From NCBI RefSeq assembly GCF_004010195.1, contig NC_057757.1:5566806-5630805 (forward strand): a stretch of 64,000 bases of DNA, written 5' to 3'. The notes under the pieces were generated by a model. The model saw nothing but the letters and a program-made list of their open reading frames with translations. It was not told where the DNA came from and made no database searches. The stretch is from Chiloscyllium plagiosum (taxonomy: Eukaryota). Of this stretch, positions 36,757 through 49,876 are shown piece after piece. The translations under genes and the position numbers were made by a program. How positions within the stretch are numbered: position 1 is the stretch's first letter; each line of letters begins with the position of its first letter.

Positions 36757-39700
36757 CCTGTAAAATTGGGAACATAGCCATTCCTGATCACGCAGCAGTG
36801 TATCTGGAGGTGAAGGCCAGAGGTAGTGGGGTAGGTTCACACCATTGGACCCTTTTCTCCTGAAGGACAGTACGTTTATCGCCTACTTTTCGCGTGAACG
36901 TTCTTGGATATCAATTCGGGTACAGCCAGTAACCCGTCGGTGCTCTGGGATACTGTCAAAGCCTACGCAAGGGCTATAATTATCTCTTATCCAGTGAGTC
37001 AGAAATGGCAGAGGGGAGAGCAGCAGCATATACTTGAGGCCTAGCTAAAGGCAGCCGAGACATCGTAGTTTGACAGGCCATCTTTGATTAAGTTACAGCA
37101 GATCACAGCTCTTCAGGCTGATCTGAACTCCGTGCTTACTCAGGGAAGAGAAAGATCTCTTTTGTGAAACAAAGGCTATTTGAGTGTGGTGATAGGCCAG
37201 GTAAATGCCTGGCTTATCTGGTGAGGAAGAAGAGCACCTCTCCGAATCTGTTAGAGAGGGTACCAGTACTCTCACTTGTGATTCCAAAAAGATCAACGCG
37301 GCGTTTAGGGAATTTTACTCTGAGCTGTATCGGTCAGAGGGCTGTGAGGACAGGTTGGCGAAGATGGAGGCCTTCTTTAAGAACCTGGACCTTTCAAGTG
37401 TGACTCTGAAGCAGGCGTCCCCTTTGAATGCTCCCTTGACAATCTGAGAGATACAGGAGGCAGTAAGGCAGCTCCAAGGTGGTAAGGCACCTGGCCCAGA
37501 TGGCTTTCCGAGTGAGCTTTATAAGGAATTTATTAATACGTTGGCCGGGCTAATGCTGGACGTGCGCAATTATTCGTACAGCCAGGACAGCCTCCCGCCC
37601 CTCTTTAACAGAAGCTGATATTTCTCTCATTCTCAAGAGAGGGAAAGACCTGGAGGACTGTGCCCACCTCGCTGCTAAACTCGGATTTTAAAATTCTGTC
37701 GAAGACACTAGCGCTGAGGTTGGAGAAGGTGCTGCCCTCTATTGTAAAGGAGGACCAGACAGGTTTTTATTAAGGGCCGTAGATCCTCTAATCATATTAG
37801 AAGAGTACTGAACATGGTCCAGGTGTGCCAGCAGGGGCCAGTCTGGGCTTGGCGGAGAAGGCGTTTGACCGGGTGGAGTGGCCGTATCTTTTTTAATGTT
37901 CTGGGCCAGTTTGGCGTCGGTGGGGGTCTTTGCCAGATGGGTGAAAGTGCTGTATAGCGATCCTATGGCAGCGGTCATTACTAATGGCATACGGTCTGAC
38001 AATTTCAGTATCGGTAGAGGCAGCCAACGAGGAATGGCCCCTCTCATTGTTGTTATTTATGTTGGTGATTGAGCTGCTGGCGGAGGCTATCCGGAGGGGA
38101 CCCAGTATAGTCGGCCCAGAAGTGGGATTGGGAAGTGGGGGGGAGGTGTCATGTAAGCTCACCCTTTATGCAGATGATATCAAATCCGACAATGTCTGTC
38201 CCTCGTTTAATTCAATTTGCTCCGGGCATAAGATTAATTTTATGAAGTCGGAGGCCGTGCCTGTGGGGCAGTACCCGATATGGAAGATGGAATCCGATTC
38301 CCTTCCAGGTGGTCACAGGGAAGCTTTCTGTACCTAGGCATTTTCATTACTCCCCGCCTTTGACCAATTATACAAGGCTAATTTTCTGCACTTGCTTGAG
38401 AAGGTAAGGCAGGACCTTCAGCGTTGGGAGGTTCTCCCAACATCTTGGTTGAGTTGAGTTGCTTTTATTGAAATGAATGTTCTTATTATATCCCATGCTC
38501 CCTCTGATGTTGCCCAGACAAACGTTGCAGAGACTTAATGGTTGACTCGGTTCTTTTATTTGGCATCACTGGCGGCCTCTCATTAAGCTCGGCAAGTTGC
38601 AGCTTCCCCAGGGATTTTGGGGGGGGGTGCGTGGGATAGATTTTCCAGATTTTAAGAGATATCAGATAAGCTCCCTACTATCCTTTGTGAATGATTGGGC
38701 TGGTCAGGATCCAAGGTCAATACAGCTGAATATTGAGGCCCAATATGTCCCCTTATTAATTTGTTATGATTAGATTCTCTACGGTGTGGAAACAGGCCCT
38801 TCTGCCCGACAAGTCCACACCACCCCGCCGAAGAGTAACCCACCCAAACCCATTCCCCTACCCTATAATTAACCCTGACTAACGCACCTAACGCTGTGGG
38901 CAATTTAGCACGGCCAATTCACCCTAACCTGTACATCTTTGGACTGTGGGAGGAAACCAGAGCACCCGGAGGAAATCCCCACACAGACACGGGGAGAAAT
39001 GTGCAGACTCCACACAGACAGGTGGGAATCGAACCCAGGACCCTGGTCTTGTGAGGCAGCAGTCCTAACCACTGAGCCACCGTGCCACCCATAAATGGAT
39101 AAGATGTATGGATAAGATGAGGACGATCACGGAGTATTGTCAGAACCCGATTGTCACTAACACGGTCAAAGCGTGAAGAACACCAAAGCGAGGGCAGCTT
39201 ATATAAATCCTCCTTTTTCACCCCCATAGCAGGAATGCCAGGATTTCGGCCAGGGTTGATGGATTCTGGTTTTAGGTTATGGGCATCCAGGGGAGTCTCT
39301 TGTCTGGGAGACTTATTGGAGGGAGAGGTCATGAAGCCCCTTTGATCAGCTGAGCCGTAAATATGAATTGACCAGTAGGGACCTCTCGTTATTTTCAGAT
39401 CAGGGACTTTATCCAGAAGAAGACCACACTGTTGGCTGATCCTTATAGATCTGATGTAGAGAGGAGAGTGCTTCAGACGACGGGTACTGTCTTGATTAGC
39501 ACCCTCTTCCTGGAAGGTGGCACCTCGAAAGATATTGAACAGCTCTGCGGAGTCTGGGCACAAGGATTGGGAATGGAGATCTCATCAGAGGTTTGGGAGA
39601 TAGATCTCAGTTTGTAACAGACTACAGGCTGTGCAGCTGAAAGTTCTTCACTGGGTCTATTTGGCCCCAGAGCGGTTTGCGAAACTTCAAAAGGGAGCCC

Positions 39701-40390
39701 CTCCAATGTGCCCCAAGTGCAAAATAGGTGTTGGCACCCTTACCCATTGTTGGTGGTTGTGCCATCAGCTTTGCAAGTACTGGGGCGCTATAGCAAGTGC
39801 CACATGGAGGGGACCCTGGGGACCGAAGTCAAGGTAGATCCCTGGGCCGGCCCAATCTGCCTTCTTTCGATGAGCATGGAAAGAAGCTGTTCAATATTCT
39901 TACACATTGCGCGAGGAAGAACATTCCGATGAGCTGGATCTTGGATAGTCCTCCAGGCCCATCGGAATGGCGTGGGCGGGTTATGGAACGTGTCCCCCTA
40001 GACTTCCTCACGAGTATGGCGCACCAGAAAACTGAATTTTTTTTCTAAGATGTGGCGGCCCTTTCTGAAGTATATTGAAGCAGACTTGTTGGCCATATTA
40101 ACTAGGGCCTCTGTTTAGTCATCAGACCTGGGTCTGATGGGCCAAGTGCTCTGTGTGGAAGAATCCCGAATAAATACGGGTTTGTTAACTGATGCTCCTG
40201 ACGATGGGGAGCTTTGGTGGGGTTGCGCTGCATTTTAATTGAATTTGTTTAATTATTTATTGAATTGTAGTAGAGATAGTTTTTTTTATTCGTTTTGTGG
40301 CGTAGTAGTTAGTTTCTTGTTATTGTTGTTATACTCTCTGATTGTTATTTCTTTTGCAATTTTATAATTTTGTCAGGAATAAAAATCTTT
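36757..40390 (+). mobile_element. L1-clade non-LTR retrotransposon, degenerate ORF2 plus 3' UTR, interrupted by an HE1 SINE (-, ~38769-39090)
   Basis: EN end (IAIPDHAAVYL), GKAPGPDGFP, QTGF.KGR, GSQRG..PLS, LYADD, C-terminal CPKC...LTHCWWLC, T-rich UTR and AATAAA near 40378; many stops and frameshifts. Confidence 0.88.
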
Positions 40391-40576
40391 CTCTTGAGAG
40401 AAACAAAAGGAGACCGGACGATGCGTCAGTACTCGCAAAGTACATCGAGCACGGCTGCCATTTTATGTCGTCTTGCCCCCTCTGTGAGTAGTGCCCAGTT
40501 TCCACTGAACCTCAGCCTGTCCCTCACCGTCAGATAAACCACTGCCATTTAATGTGGCAATGGTGGAAATCCTTCA

Positions 40577-40792
<216 letters not shown>

Positions 40793-40947
40793 CTAAATAA
40801 TTCACTGGTTATGGATTAAACACCATGCTTTTCTACTGAGAGGAAATGAGGCCAGGGATTGCAGGAGCCCTGACAGTCTTCCTGAATTCTTCTGGGCATG
40901 TGCGAGCGGTGCAAGAAGACAAGGGGGATTGCAGTTAATTTTCTACT

Positions 40948-41640
40948 TAGAGTCATAGAGATGTACAGCACGGAAACAGACCCTTCGGTCCAACTTGTCC
41001 ATGCCGACCAGATATCCCAACCCAATCTAATCCCACCTGCCAGCACCCAGTCCATATCCCTCCAAACCCTTCCTATTCATACACCCATCCAAATGTCTTT
41101 AAAATGTTGTAATTGTACCAGCCTCCATCACTTCCTCTGGCAGCTCATTCCATACACGTACCACCCTGTGTGTGAAAGAGTTGCCCCTTAGGTCTCTTTT
41201 ATATCTTTCCCCTCTCTCACCCTAAACCTATGCCCTCTAGTTCTGGACTCCCCCACCCCAGGGAAAAGACCTTGTCTATTTATCCTATCCATGCCCCTCA
41301 TGATTTTATAAACCTCTATAAGGTCACCCCTCAGCCTCCAAAGCTCCAGGGAAAACAGCCCCAGCCTATTCAGTCTCTCCCTGTAGCTCAAACCTCCAAC
41401 CCTGGCAATATCTTTGTAAATTTGTTTTGAACCCTTTCAAGTTTCACAACATCCTTCCAATAGGAAGGAGACCAGAATTGCACGCAATATTCCAACAGTG
41501 GCCTAATCAATGTCCTGTACAGCCGCAACATGACGTTCCAACTCCTTACTCAATACTCTGACCAATAAAGGAAAGCATACCAAACGCCTTCTTCAATATC
41601 CTATCGACCTGCGACTCCACTTTCAAGGAGCTATGAACCT
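40948..41640 (-). mobile_element. CR1/HER1 3' fragment
   Basis: SYRERLNRLGLFSLE..RLRGDLIEVYKIMRG and the typical tail. Confidence 0.9.
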
Positions 41641-41873
41641 ACTTGCTCTAAAAAGAATAGGGGGCAGAACTAACTTGCTAACTGCAGGTCAGTTAGTCTG
41701 TGGGTAAAACTACAAGAGATTATTATCAAGGATAGAATTAATTCTCACTTGGAGAAGTGTGCATGAAGGAAGGGTCAGGTCACGTGGGTTGGGCCTGTAC
41801 ACACTAAGAGTTTAGGAAAACGAGAGACGATCTTATTGAAACGTGAGGTGATTGACAGGGTGGATGTTTCCCC

Positions 41874-42006
41874 ATTCCTGATGAAGGGCTTATGCCCGAA
41901 ACGTCGATTTTCCTGCTCCTCGGATGCTGCCTGACCCCTGCTGCCCTTTTCCAGCACCACATACTCGACTCTGATCTCCAGCAGTCTGCAGTCCTCACTT
42001 TCCCCT
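41874..42006 (+). mobile_element. Penelope terminal module with HHR core (41878-41905)
   Basis: CTGATGAAGGGCTTATGCCCGAAACGTC followed by the shared terminal sequence. Confidence 0.8.
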
Positions 42007-42099
42007 AGATGATTCCCCATGTCAGGGGATCCAGAACTGACAGGTACAGCTTCACTCTAAGGGGCCATCTGTTTAAGGAGACGTGGAGGCACACTTTAC

Positions 42100-42770
42100 T
42101 GAGTCATAGAGTTGTACAACGCTGAAACAGACTGTCGGTCCAACTCATCCTCCATTCCGACCAACTTCCTCAAAACTGAAGTACTTCCATTTGTCTGCAT
42201 TTGGTTCATTTCATGATAATCCTTTTCTGTTCATGTACCTGTCCAAATATCCTCTAAATATTGTAACTGTACCTGCATCTACCACTTCCTAGAGTCATAG
42301 CGATGTACAGCATGGAACCTGTCCACGCCGACCAGATACTCCAACCCAATCTGGTCCCACCTGCCAGCACCCAGCCCATATCCCTCCAAACCCTTCCTAT
42401 TCATATACCCATCCAAATGCCTCTTAAATGTTGCAATTGTACCAGCCTTCACCACATCCCCTGGCAGCTCATTCCATACACGCACCACACTCTGCGTGAA
42501 AACGTTGCCCCTTAGGTCTCTTTTATATCTTTCCCCTCTCACCCTAAACCTATGCCCTCTAGTTCTGCACTCCCCCAACCCAGGGAAAAGACTTTATCTA
42601 TTTATCCTATTCATGACCCCTCTATAAGGGCACCCCTCAGCTTCAGGGAAAACAGCCACAGCTTATTCAGCCTCTCCTGATAGCTCAAACCCCCCCTCCC
42701 CCACAACCCCAGTAACATCCTTGTAATTCGTTCCTCCACCCTGTCCAATTCAATGATGTCGTTCGCATAG
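42100..42770 (-). mobile_element. Nested CR1/HER1 3' fragments
   Basis: Two tails, ctaccacttcct/gagtcatag junction, ORF2 C-terminus. Confidence 0.8.
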
Positions 42771-43094
42771 CATCATGTGATTTGTTGGAATTGTTTACCT
42801 CAGAGGAACCTGGACCAATGAGTGGAGTAGGTTCTGGGAAGGGAGTTAATGAGAATAGGCAGGTCTTAGCAGATCGGCAGGGCAGGTTGGATGACACGAA
42901 GAGCTTGTTTCTGATGATTTTATTTAAGGGATTGGGATAGTTTGGTACAAGGCTGGTGAAGGGGGTTGCAGTTATGGTGAACAGTTTGGCTGACCTGACA
43001 GCTGTATTTAATGGGAATCCCAAGCCCTTGTTCCTTTGATTTTTGTTTGTAAATGTAGTAGTGGCGTGGAACAGCCTGCCGGCAACAGTAGGTC

Positions 43095-43535
43095 AGGTCC
43101 CTCATCAGGACGATGCCCCCAACCAGCCCACCCTGCCATCCCGGCACCTTCCCCTGCCACCGCAGGAATTCCAAAACCTGAGCCCACACCTTCCCCCCGC
43201 CCCTCACCTCCTTCCAAGGCCCCAAAGGAGCCTTCCACATCCATCAGAGTTTCATCTGCACATCCACCAATGTCATTTACTGTGTCTGTTGCTCCCGATG
43301 CGGTCTCCTCTACACTGGGGAGACTGGACGCCTACTTGCAGAGCGCTTCAGAGAACATCTCCGGGACACCCTTACCAACCAACCCAACTGCCCCGTGGCT
43401 GAACACTTCAACTCCCCCTCCCACTCCGCCAAGGACATGCAGGTCCTGGGCCCCCTCCATCGCCAAACCCTAACCACCCAACAAGAATTCCTCATCTTTC
43501 CCATTGGGATCTTCCAACCACAGGGCATCAATACA
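43095..43535 (+). mobile_element. Penelope-like GIY-YIG endonuclease remnant
   Basis: Frame reads FICTSTNVIYCVCCSRCGLLYTGETGRLLAERFREHLRD...VAEHFNSPSHS..DMQVLG, the PLE GIY-YIG with CxxC; the 3' module resumes at ~45740-46110 after a CR1 insertion. Confidence 0.85.
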
Positions 43536-45735
43536 GCACAGAACAATACAGCACAGAACTGGCCCTCCGGCCCTCGATGTTGTGACAACCTGTGAACTAA
43601 TCTAAGCCCATCCCCCTACACTATCACATCATCATCCATGTGCTTATCCAAGGATTGTTTAAATCCCCCTAATGTGGCTGAGTTAACTAATTGGCAGGTA
43701 GGGCATTCCACGCCCTTACCACTCTCTGAGTAAAGAATCTGTCTCTGACATCTGTCTTAAATCTATCACCCCTCAATTACGCCCCCTTGTACAAGCTGAC
43801 ATCATCATCCTAGGAAATAGACTTTCACTGTGTACCCTATCTAATCCTCTGATCATCTTGTATGTCTCTGTCAAATCCCCCCTTAGCCTTCTTCTTTCCA
43901 ATGAGAACAGACCCAAGTCCCTCAGCCTTTCCTCATAAGACCTTTCCTCCAGACCAGGCAGCATCCTGGTAATCTCCTCTGCACCTTTTCCAATGTCTCC
44001 ACATTCTTGCAGAAATGGGGCGACCAGAACTGTACACAAAATTCCAAGTTTTGTATAGTTGCGGCATGACATTACAGCTCCAAAACTCAATCCCTCTACC
44101 AATAAAATTTAACACACCATATGCCTTCTTAACAGCACTATCAACCTGACTGGCAACTTTCAGGGATCTATGTACGTGGACTCCAAGATCCCTCTGCATG
44201 TCCACACTACCAAGAATTTTTCCAATGACCCAGTACTCTGCCTTCCTGTTATTCTTCCCAAAGTGAACCACCTGACATTTAGCTGCATTGAACTCCATTT
44301 GCCACCTCTCAGCCCAATTCTGCAGTTTATCCAAGTCCACCTGCAACCTGTAACACTCTTCCAAACTGTCCACTACTCCACCGACTTTAGTGTCATCTGC
44401 AAATTTACTAATCCATCCACCTTTGCCTGCGTCTAAGTCATTTATAAAGATGACAAACAGCAGTGGTCCCAAAACAGATCCTTGTGGCACACCACTAGTA
44501 ACCAGAATCGTTTACAAAACGTTTCCTATAACAGATGTAATACTCACTGGTCTATCATCACCTGGGTTATCTCTACTGCCCTTCTTGAACATGGGCACAA
44601 CATTTGTAATCCTCCAGTCTTCTGGTACTAGATCTGTAGACAATGACGACTCAAAGATCAAAGCCAAAGGCTCCAACCCCTCCTCCCTAGCTTCCCAGAG
44701 AATCCTCGGGTAAATCCCATCCAGCCCAGGGGACTTGTCTACTTTCACTCCTTCTAGAATCGATAACACCTCTTCGCAACTAACCTCGATCCTTTCTAGT
44801 CTAATATCTCGTACCTCATTCTTCTCCTCTACAATATTCTCGTTTTCCTGAGTGAAAACCAATGAGAAATGTTCATTTAGCACCTCTCTGACCTCCACAG
44901 GGTCCACACACAACTTCCCACTTCTATCTTTGACTGGCCCTATTCCTACCCTAGTCATCCTTTTATTCCTCACATACCTATAGAAAGCTTTAGGGTTCTC
45001 CTTTATTCTATTTGCTAAAGATTGCTCATGTCCTCTCTTTGCTCTTCTTAACTCTCTCTCTCTCTCTCTTTGTCCCCATCCCCTGCATTTTGCTACCCCA
45101 TTCTATGCATCCAAAGACTTGCCTAATTGCATTATATTTGCCCTTCTCCCATCTGTAACTCTTGCCCTGTAGCATGTACTTATCCCTTTCCATCATTAAA
45201 CTAAATGTAACTGAATTATGGTCACTTTCTCCAAAGTGCTCACCTACCACTAAATCAAACACCCGCTAAATGTAACTGAATTATGGTCACTCTCTCCAAA
45301 ATACTCACCTCCCACTAAATCAAACACCCGGCCTGGTTCATTACCAAGCACCAGATCCAATGTGGCCTCCCCTCTTGTCGGCCCATCGACATACTGTGTC
45401 AGGAAACCCTCCTACACACACTGGACAAAAACTGAACTATCCGACGTACTAGAGTTATAGCATTTCCAGTCAATGTTGGGGAAGTTAAAGTCTTTCACTC
45501 CTGCCCAGAATAATTTTGCTAATCCTCTCCTCCACATCCCTGAAACTCTGTGGAGGCCTATAAAAATCTCCCAGCAGTGTGACCTCTCCTCTCCTGTTTC
45601 TAACCTCAGCCCACACTACCTCAGTGGACGGGTCCTCAGCAAAAGTTCTTTCAACCACTGTTATACTGTCCTTGTCTAACCAGGCCACACTCCCCCCTCT
45701 TCTACTGCTTTCCCTGTTCTTAATGAAAGATCTAA
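43536..45735 (-). mobile_element. CR1 LINE ORF2 (EN end, RT with internal deletion, 3' tail), degenerate
   Basis: GDFYRPP, FGESDHNSV, KSPGLDGIYPRIL, PQGSVLGPLLFVIFINDLD, SKFADDTK, RLRGDLTETYK motifs. Confidence 0.92.
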
Positions 45736-45739
45736 AGCT

Positions 45740-46110
45740 TTCACCAGTTTCCTCATTTCCCCACACCCCCCAATTATCCCAGATCCAACCTTCCAACTCA
45801 GCACCGCCCTCTTGACCAGTCCTACCTGTCCATCTTCCTTCCCACCTACCCGTTCCACCCTCCACTCTGACCTATCACCATTAACCGCACCTTCATCGAA
45901 CTATCACACTGTCGGCTACCTTCCCCCCAGCCCCACCCCTCCTCCCATTTATTTTTCCAACCCCTCAGCTCACAGCCTCATTCCTGATGAAGGGCTTTTG
46001 CCCGAAACGTCGATTCTCCTGCTCCTCGGATGCTGCCTGACCTCCTGCTGTGCTTTTCCAGCGCCACACTCTCGTCTCTGACCTCCAGCATCTGCAGTCC
46101 TCACTTTCGC
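45740..46110 (+). mobile_element. Penelope 3' terminal module with intact minimal HHR core (45984-46011)
   Basis: CTGATGA A GGGC TTTT GCCC GAAAC GTC; continuation of the element at 43095. Confidence 0.85.
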
Positions 46111-47374
46111 CTGCCTGCAACAGCAGTAGACTCGCCGACTTTAAGGGCATTTAAATGGTCACTGGATAAACGTATGGATGAAAATGGAATAGTGTAGGTC
46201 AGATGGTCTTCAGATTGGTTTCACTGCTCGGCGCAACATCGAGGGCCGAAGGGCCTGTACTGCGCTGGAATTTTCTATATACCAAAACAGGTCCCCAGGC
46301 AAGAGTCTGTCCATCTTCAGGAGCCTGGACACCACGGTCATATTGGATAACCGGCTAGGTCACTTTCTTGGCTGTGGTTTTTTTGTTTCTGAAGGAGTTG
46401 GGGGTTGGCCCCGGCTACTCCTAATGTAAAGGAGGGGGCTGTCCTGTTTCTTGGAATATATTTCTTTATCCTGTAACAGGATGAGGGTGTCGCTGGCTAG
46501 GCAGCATTCACTGCCCATCCCTAATTGCCCAGAGGGCAGTTCAGAGTCAACCACTTTGCTGTGGGTCTGGAGACACATGTAGGCCAGACCAGGTAAGGAT
46601 AGAACAATACAGCGAAGAACAGGCCCGTCGGCCCTCAATGGTGCGCCAACCTGTGAACTAATTTAAGCCCATCCCCCTACACTATCCCATCATCATCCAT
46701 GTACTTATCCAAGGATTGTTTAAATGCCCTAATGTGGCTGAGTTAACAATAGGGCATTCCATGCCCTTATCACTCTCAGTGAACCTGCCTCTGACATCTG
46801 TCTTAAATCTATCACCTCTCAATTTGTAGCTATGTCCCCTTGTACAAGCTGATGTCCTCATCTTAGGAAAAAGACTTTCACTGTCTACCCTATCTCATCC
46901 TCTTGTATGTCTCTATCAAATTCCCCTCTTCTCTCCAATGAGAAAATGGCAGACCTCCCTCCCTGAAGGGCATTAGTGAGCCAGATGGGGTTTTCCAACA
47001 ATTGGCAATGGATTTACGGTAGCAATTAGATCCTTAATTCCAGATATTTATCAAATTCAAATTCCACCATCTGCCATGGTCGGATTTGAATCTGGGTCCC
47101 CAGAACATTACCCAGTTCTCTGGGTTAACAGTCCAGTGATAATACCACTAGGCCATTACCTCCCAATAGTTCAAGGCCCTAGCACGTCCTGAGGTGGTGA
47201 GACATGGTTGGGATTGATGTCGCAGTATTGGTGCAGGAGAGTCCAATACTCCTTCAGGACTGTCACTAGGGGTGTCGGCCTGACTGGTGTGCTACCGTCT
47301 CTGAGGTGAGACCCCCGTTCCAGTTGGGTTTTCCTGAGACCCGAGAGGTTTCAACATTAAAGTGGAGGTGACAG

Positions 47375-47700
47375 CCCGGTGGTATTATCACTAAACTGAT
47401 CATCCAGAGACCCAGGTAATGTTCTGGGGACTCACGTTCAAATCCTGATGTGGTACATGATGGAATTTGAATTCAATTTTTTAAAAAATCTGGAATTAAG
47501 AGTTCAAATGATGACCATAAATCTGTTGTTGATTGTTGGAAAAGCCCATCTGGTTCACTCATGCCCTACTTTAAGGAAGGAAACTGTCATCCTTACCTGG
47601 TCTGGCCTACGGTGACTCCAGACTCACAGCAGTGTGGCTGATTCTTAAATGTCCTCTGGGTAGTTAGGGATGGGCAATAACTGCCGCATCCCATGAACTA
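47375..47700 (+). mobile_element. Deu-domain SINE (SacSINE1-like); related copies at ~3090-3480, 25585-25860, 46490-47160 (-), 60000-60270
   Basis: gatggaatttgaattcaat..ctggaattaag..gatgaccat..cccatctggttcact..ggaaggaaa.ctg..tccttacctggtctggcctac..gtgactccagac repeated at several loci; family name from recall. Confidence 0.7.
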
Positions 47701-48040
47701 ATTTTTAAAAAATGGTCCTGCTACAAAGAGAGACCTGTTGTCGAAGTTTTTCATCTCATTATGTATCAGGACACTGGCAAGAATGCCAAACTTCAAACAA
47801 TCACAACAATTTATACCACAGGAAAAATATCAGTGGATGTGATTTTTTTGCATTTTTGCGTATGACGCAAGCTTCAACAACCTGTCTCTCTTTTCAGCAG
47901 TAGTCAAATTCTAGGTATATTGATCAAAATTATAGTAGACTTTGAAACACAATATGGGTTTATTCTGCTGGAAACTGCCAGTCACATCTCTGAGATGCCC
48001 TCCGGGAAATCTTCTGTCTGTCCCATAGATATCTGGCTCA

Positions 48041-48241
<201 letters not shown>

Positions 48242-48939
48242 CTACAGGCGACGTGACATAAGGTGGCACGGTGACTAAGCGGTTGGCACTGCTGCTTCAC
48301 GGCACCAGGGGTGCCTGTCGGAGTGTCAGGGCAAACTTGATGGGGGCCCTATCTGGGCTCCAGGGATTCTATGATAAAGTACAGGATCAGGATTGGACCT
48401 TTAAGGGCCACCGTTGCAGAATAAAGGAGTTCACCCATTTAGGACAGAGGGGAGGAGCGGATTCCTCACTCAGTGTGAGGAGTTCTCTCCTTCAGAGACT
48501 CAACCATTGAGTATGTTTGAGACAGAGATTGATAGATTTCTAGATATTCAAGATAGTGCGGGAAAATGGCAATATAGAAGATCAGCTATGACCTTGTCGA
48601 ATGTCGGAATAGGTTTGAGAGGCTGAACGGCCTCCTCCTGCTCCTAATCCCTGTCATCCTGTGCTGCATTAAACTTTGTCAGGGATGAGGTTTTGATTTG
48701 ATTTGATTTGATTATTGTCCTAGATACAGTGAAAAGATCTGTTTTGCGTGCAATGCAGGCAGCTCATACCATACAAGGGCATTAGGGTGATGGAACAGAG
48801 CGAGGAATGTTCCAGCTGCTGAGAAGGTACACAGAGAGCGAGGTCAACATTAAATTAAAAATGTGAGAGGTCCATTCGGAAGTCGAATAACAGCGGGGAA
48901 GAAGCTGTTCTTGAATCTGTTGGGACGTGCGTCCAATCA

Positions 48940-49876
48940 CTGGATTTGTGGTGCTGGAAGAGCACAGCAATTCAGGCAGCATCCGAGGACACTCAAAATC
49001 GACGTTTCGGGCAATAGCCCTTCATCAGGAATAAAGGCAGAGAGCCTGAAGCGTGGAGAGATAAGCTAGAGGAGGGTGGGGGTGGGGAGAGAGTAGCGTA
49101 GAGTACAATAGGTCAGTGGGGGAGGAGATGAAGGTGATAGGTCAGGGAGGAGAGGGTGGAGTGGATAGGTGGAAAAGGAGCTAGGCAGGGAGGACAAGTC
49201 CGGACAAGACAAGGGGATAGTGTTGAGCTGGAGGTTAGAAACTAGGATGAGGTGGGGGAAGGGGAAATGAGGAGTTGCGGGTTTGTTTCAGGACATGGTT
49301 GCAGAGCTTCAGGGCAGAGGAAATGACCTGGGAGTTGCAGTGGGAGAGAGACTCCCTGAGATTCTTGTAGAGAGAGGAGGAAAACTTCTTCAAGGCAGGC
49401 ATCCTTGCAAGAGGATTCGCAGTAGGGTTAAAATCAACGAGGTAAAAACAATGGCTGCAGATGCTGGAAACCAGATTCTGGANNNNNNNNNNNNNNNNNN
49501 NNNNNNNNNNNNNNNNNNNNNNNNNNNNNNNNNNNGGGAGGAGAGGGTGGAGTGGATAGGTGGAAAAGGAGCTAGGCAGGTCGGACAAGTCCGGACAAGT
49601 CAAGGGGACAGTGTTGAGCTGGAGGTTAGAAACTAGGATGAGGTGGGCTATTGTACTCTATGCTACTTTCTGCCCAACCCCACCCTCCTCTAGCTTATGT
49701 CTCCACGCTTCAGGCTCTCTGCCTTTATTCCTGATGAAGGGCTTTTGCCCGAAACGTCGATTTTGCCTGTCCTCGGATTTTGCCTGTCCTCGGATGCTGC
49801 CTGAACTGCTGTGCTCTTCCAGCACCACTGATCCAGAATCTGGTTTCCAGCATCTGCAGTCATTGTTTTTACCTTA
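48940..49876. mobile_element. Tandem/inverted Penelope-like insertion with 13-bp target duplication and two HHR cores
   Basis: gtgcgtccaatca at 48927-48939 and 49877-49889; HHR on - at 49001-49028 and on + at 49731-49758; contains a small N gap. Confidence 0.8.
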
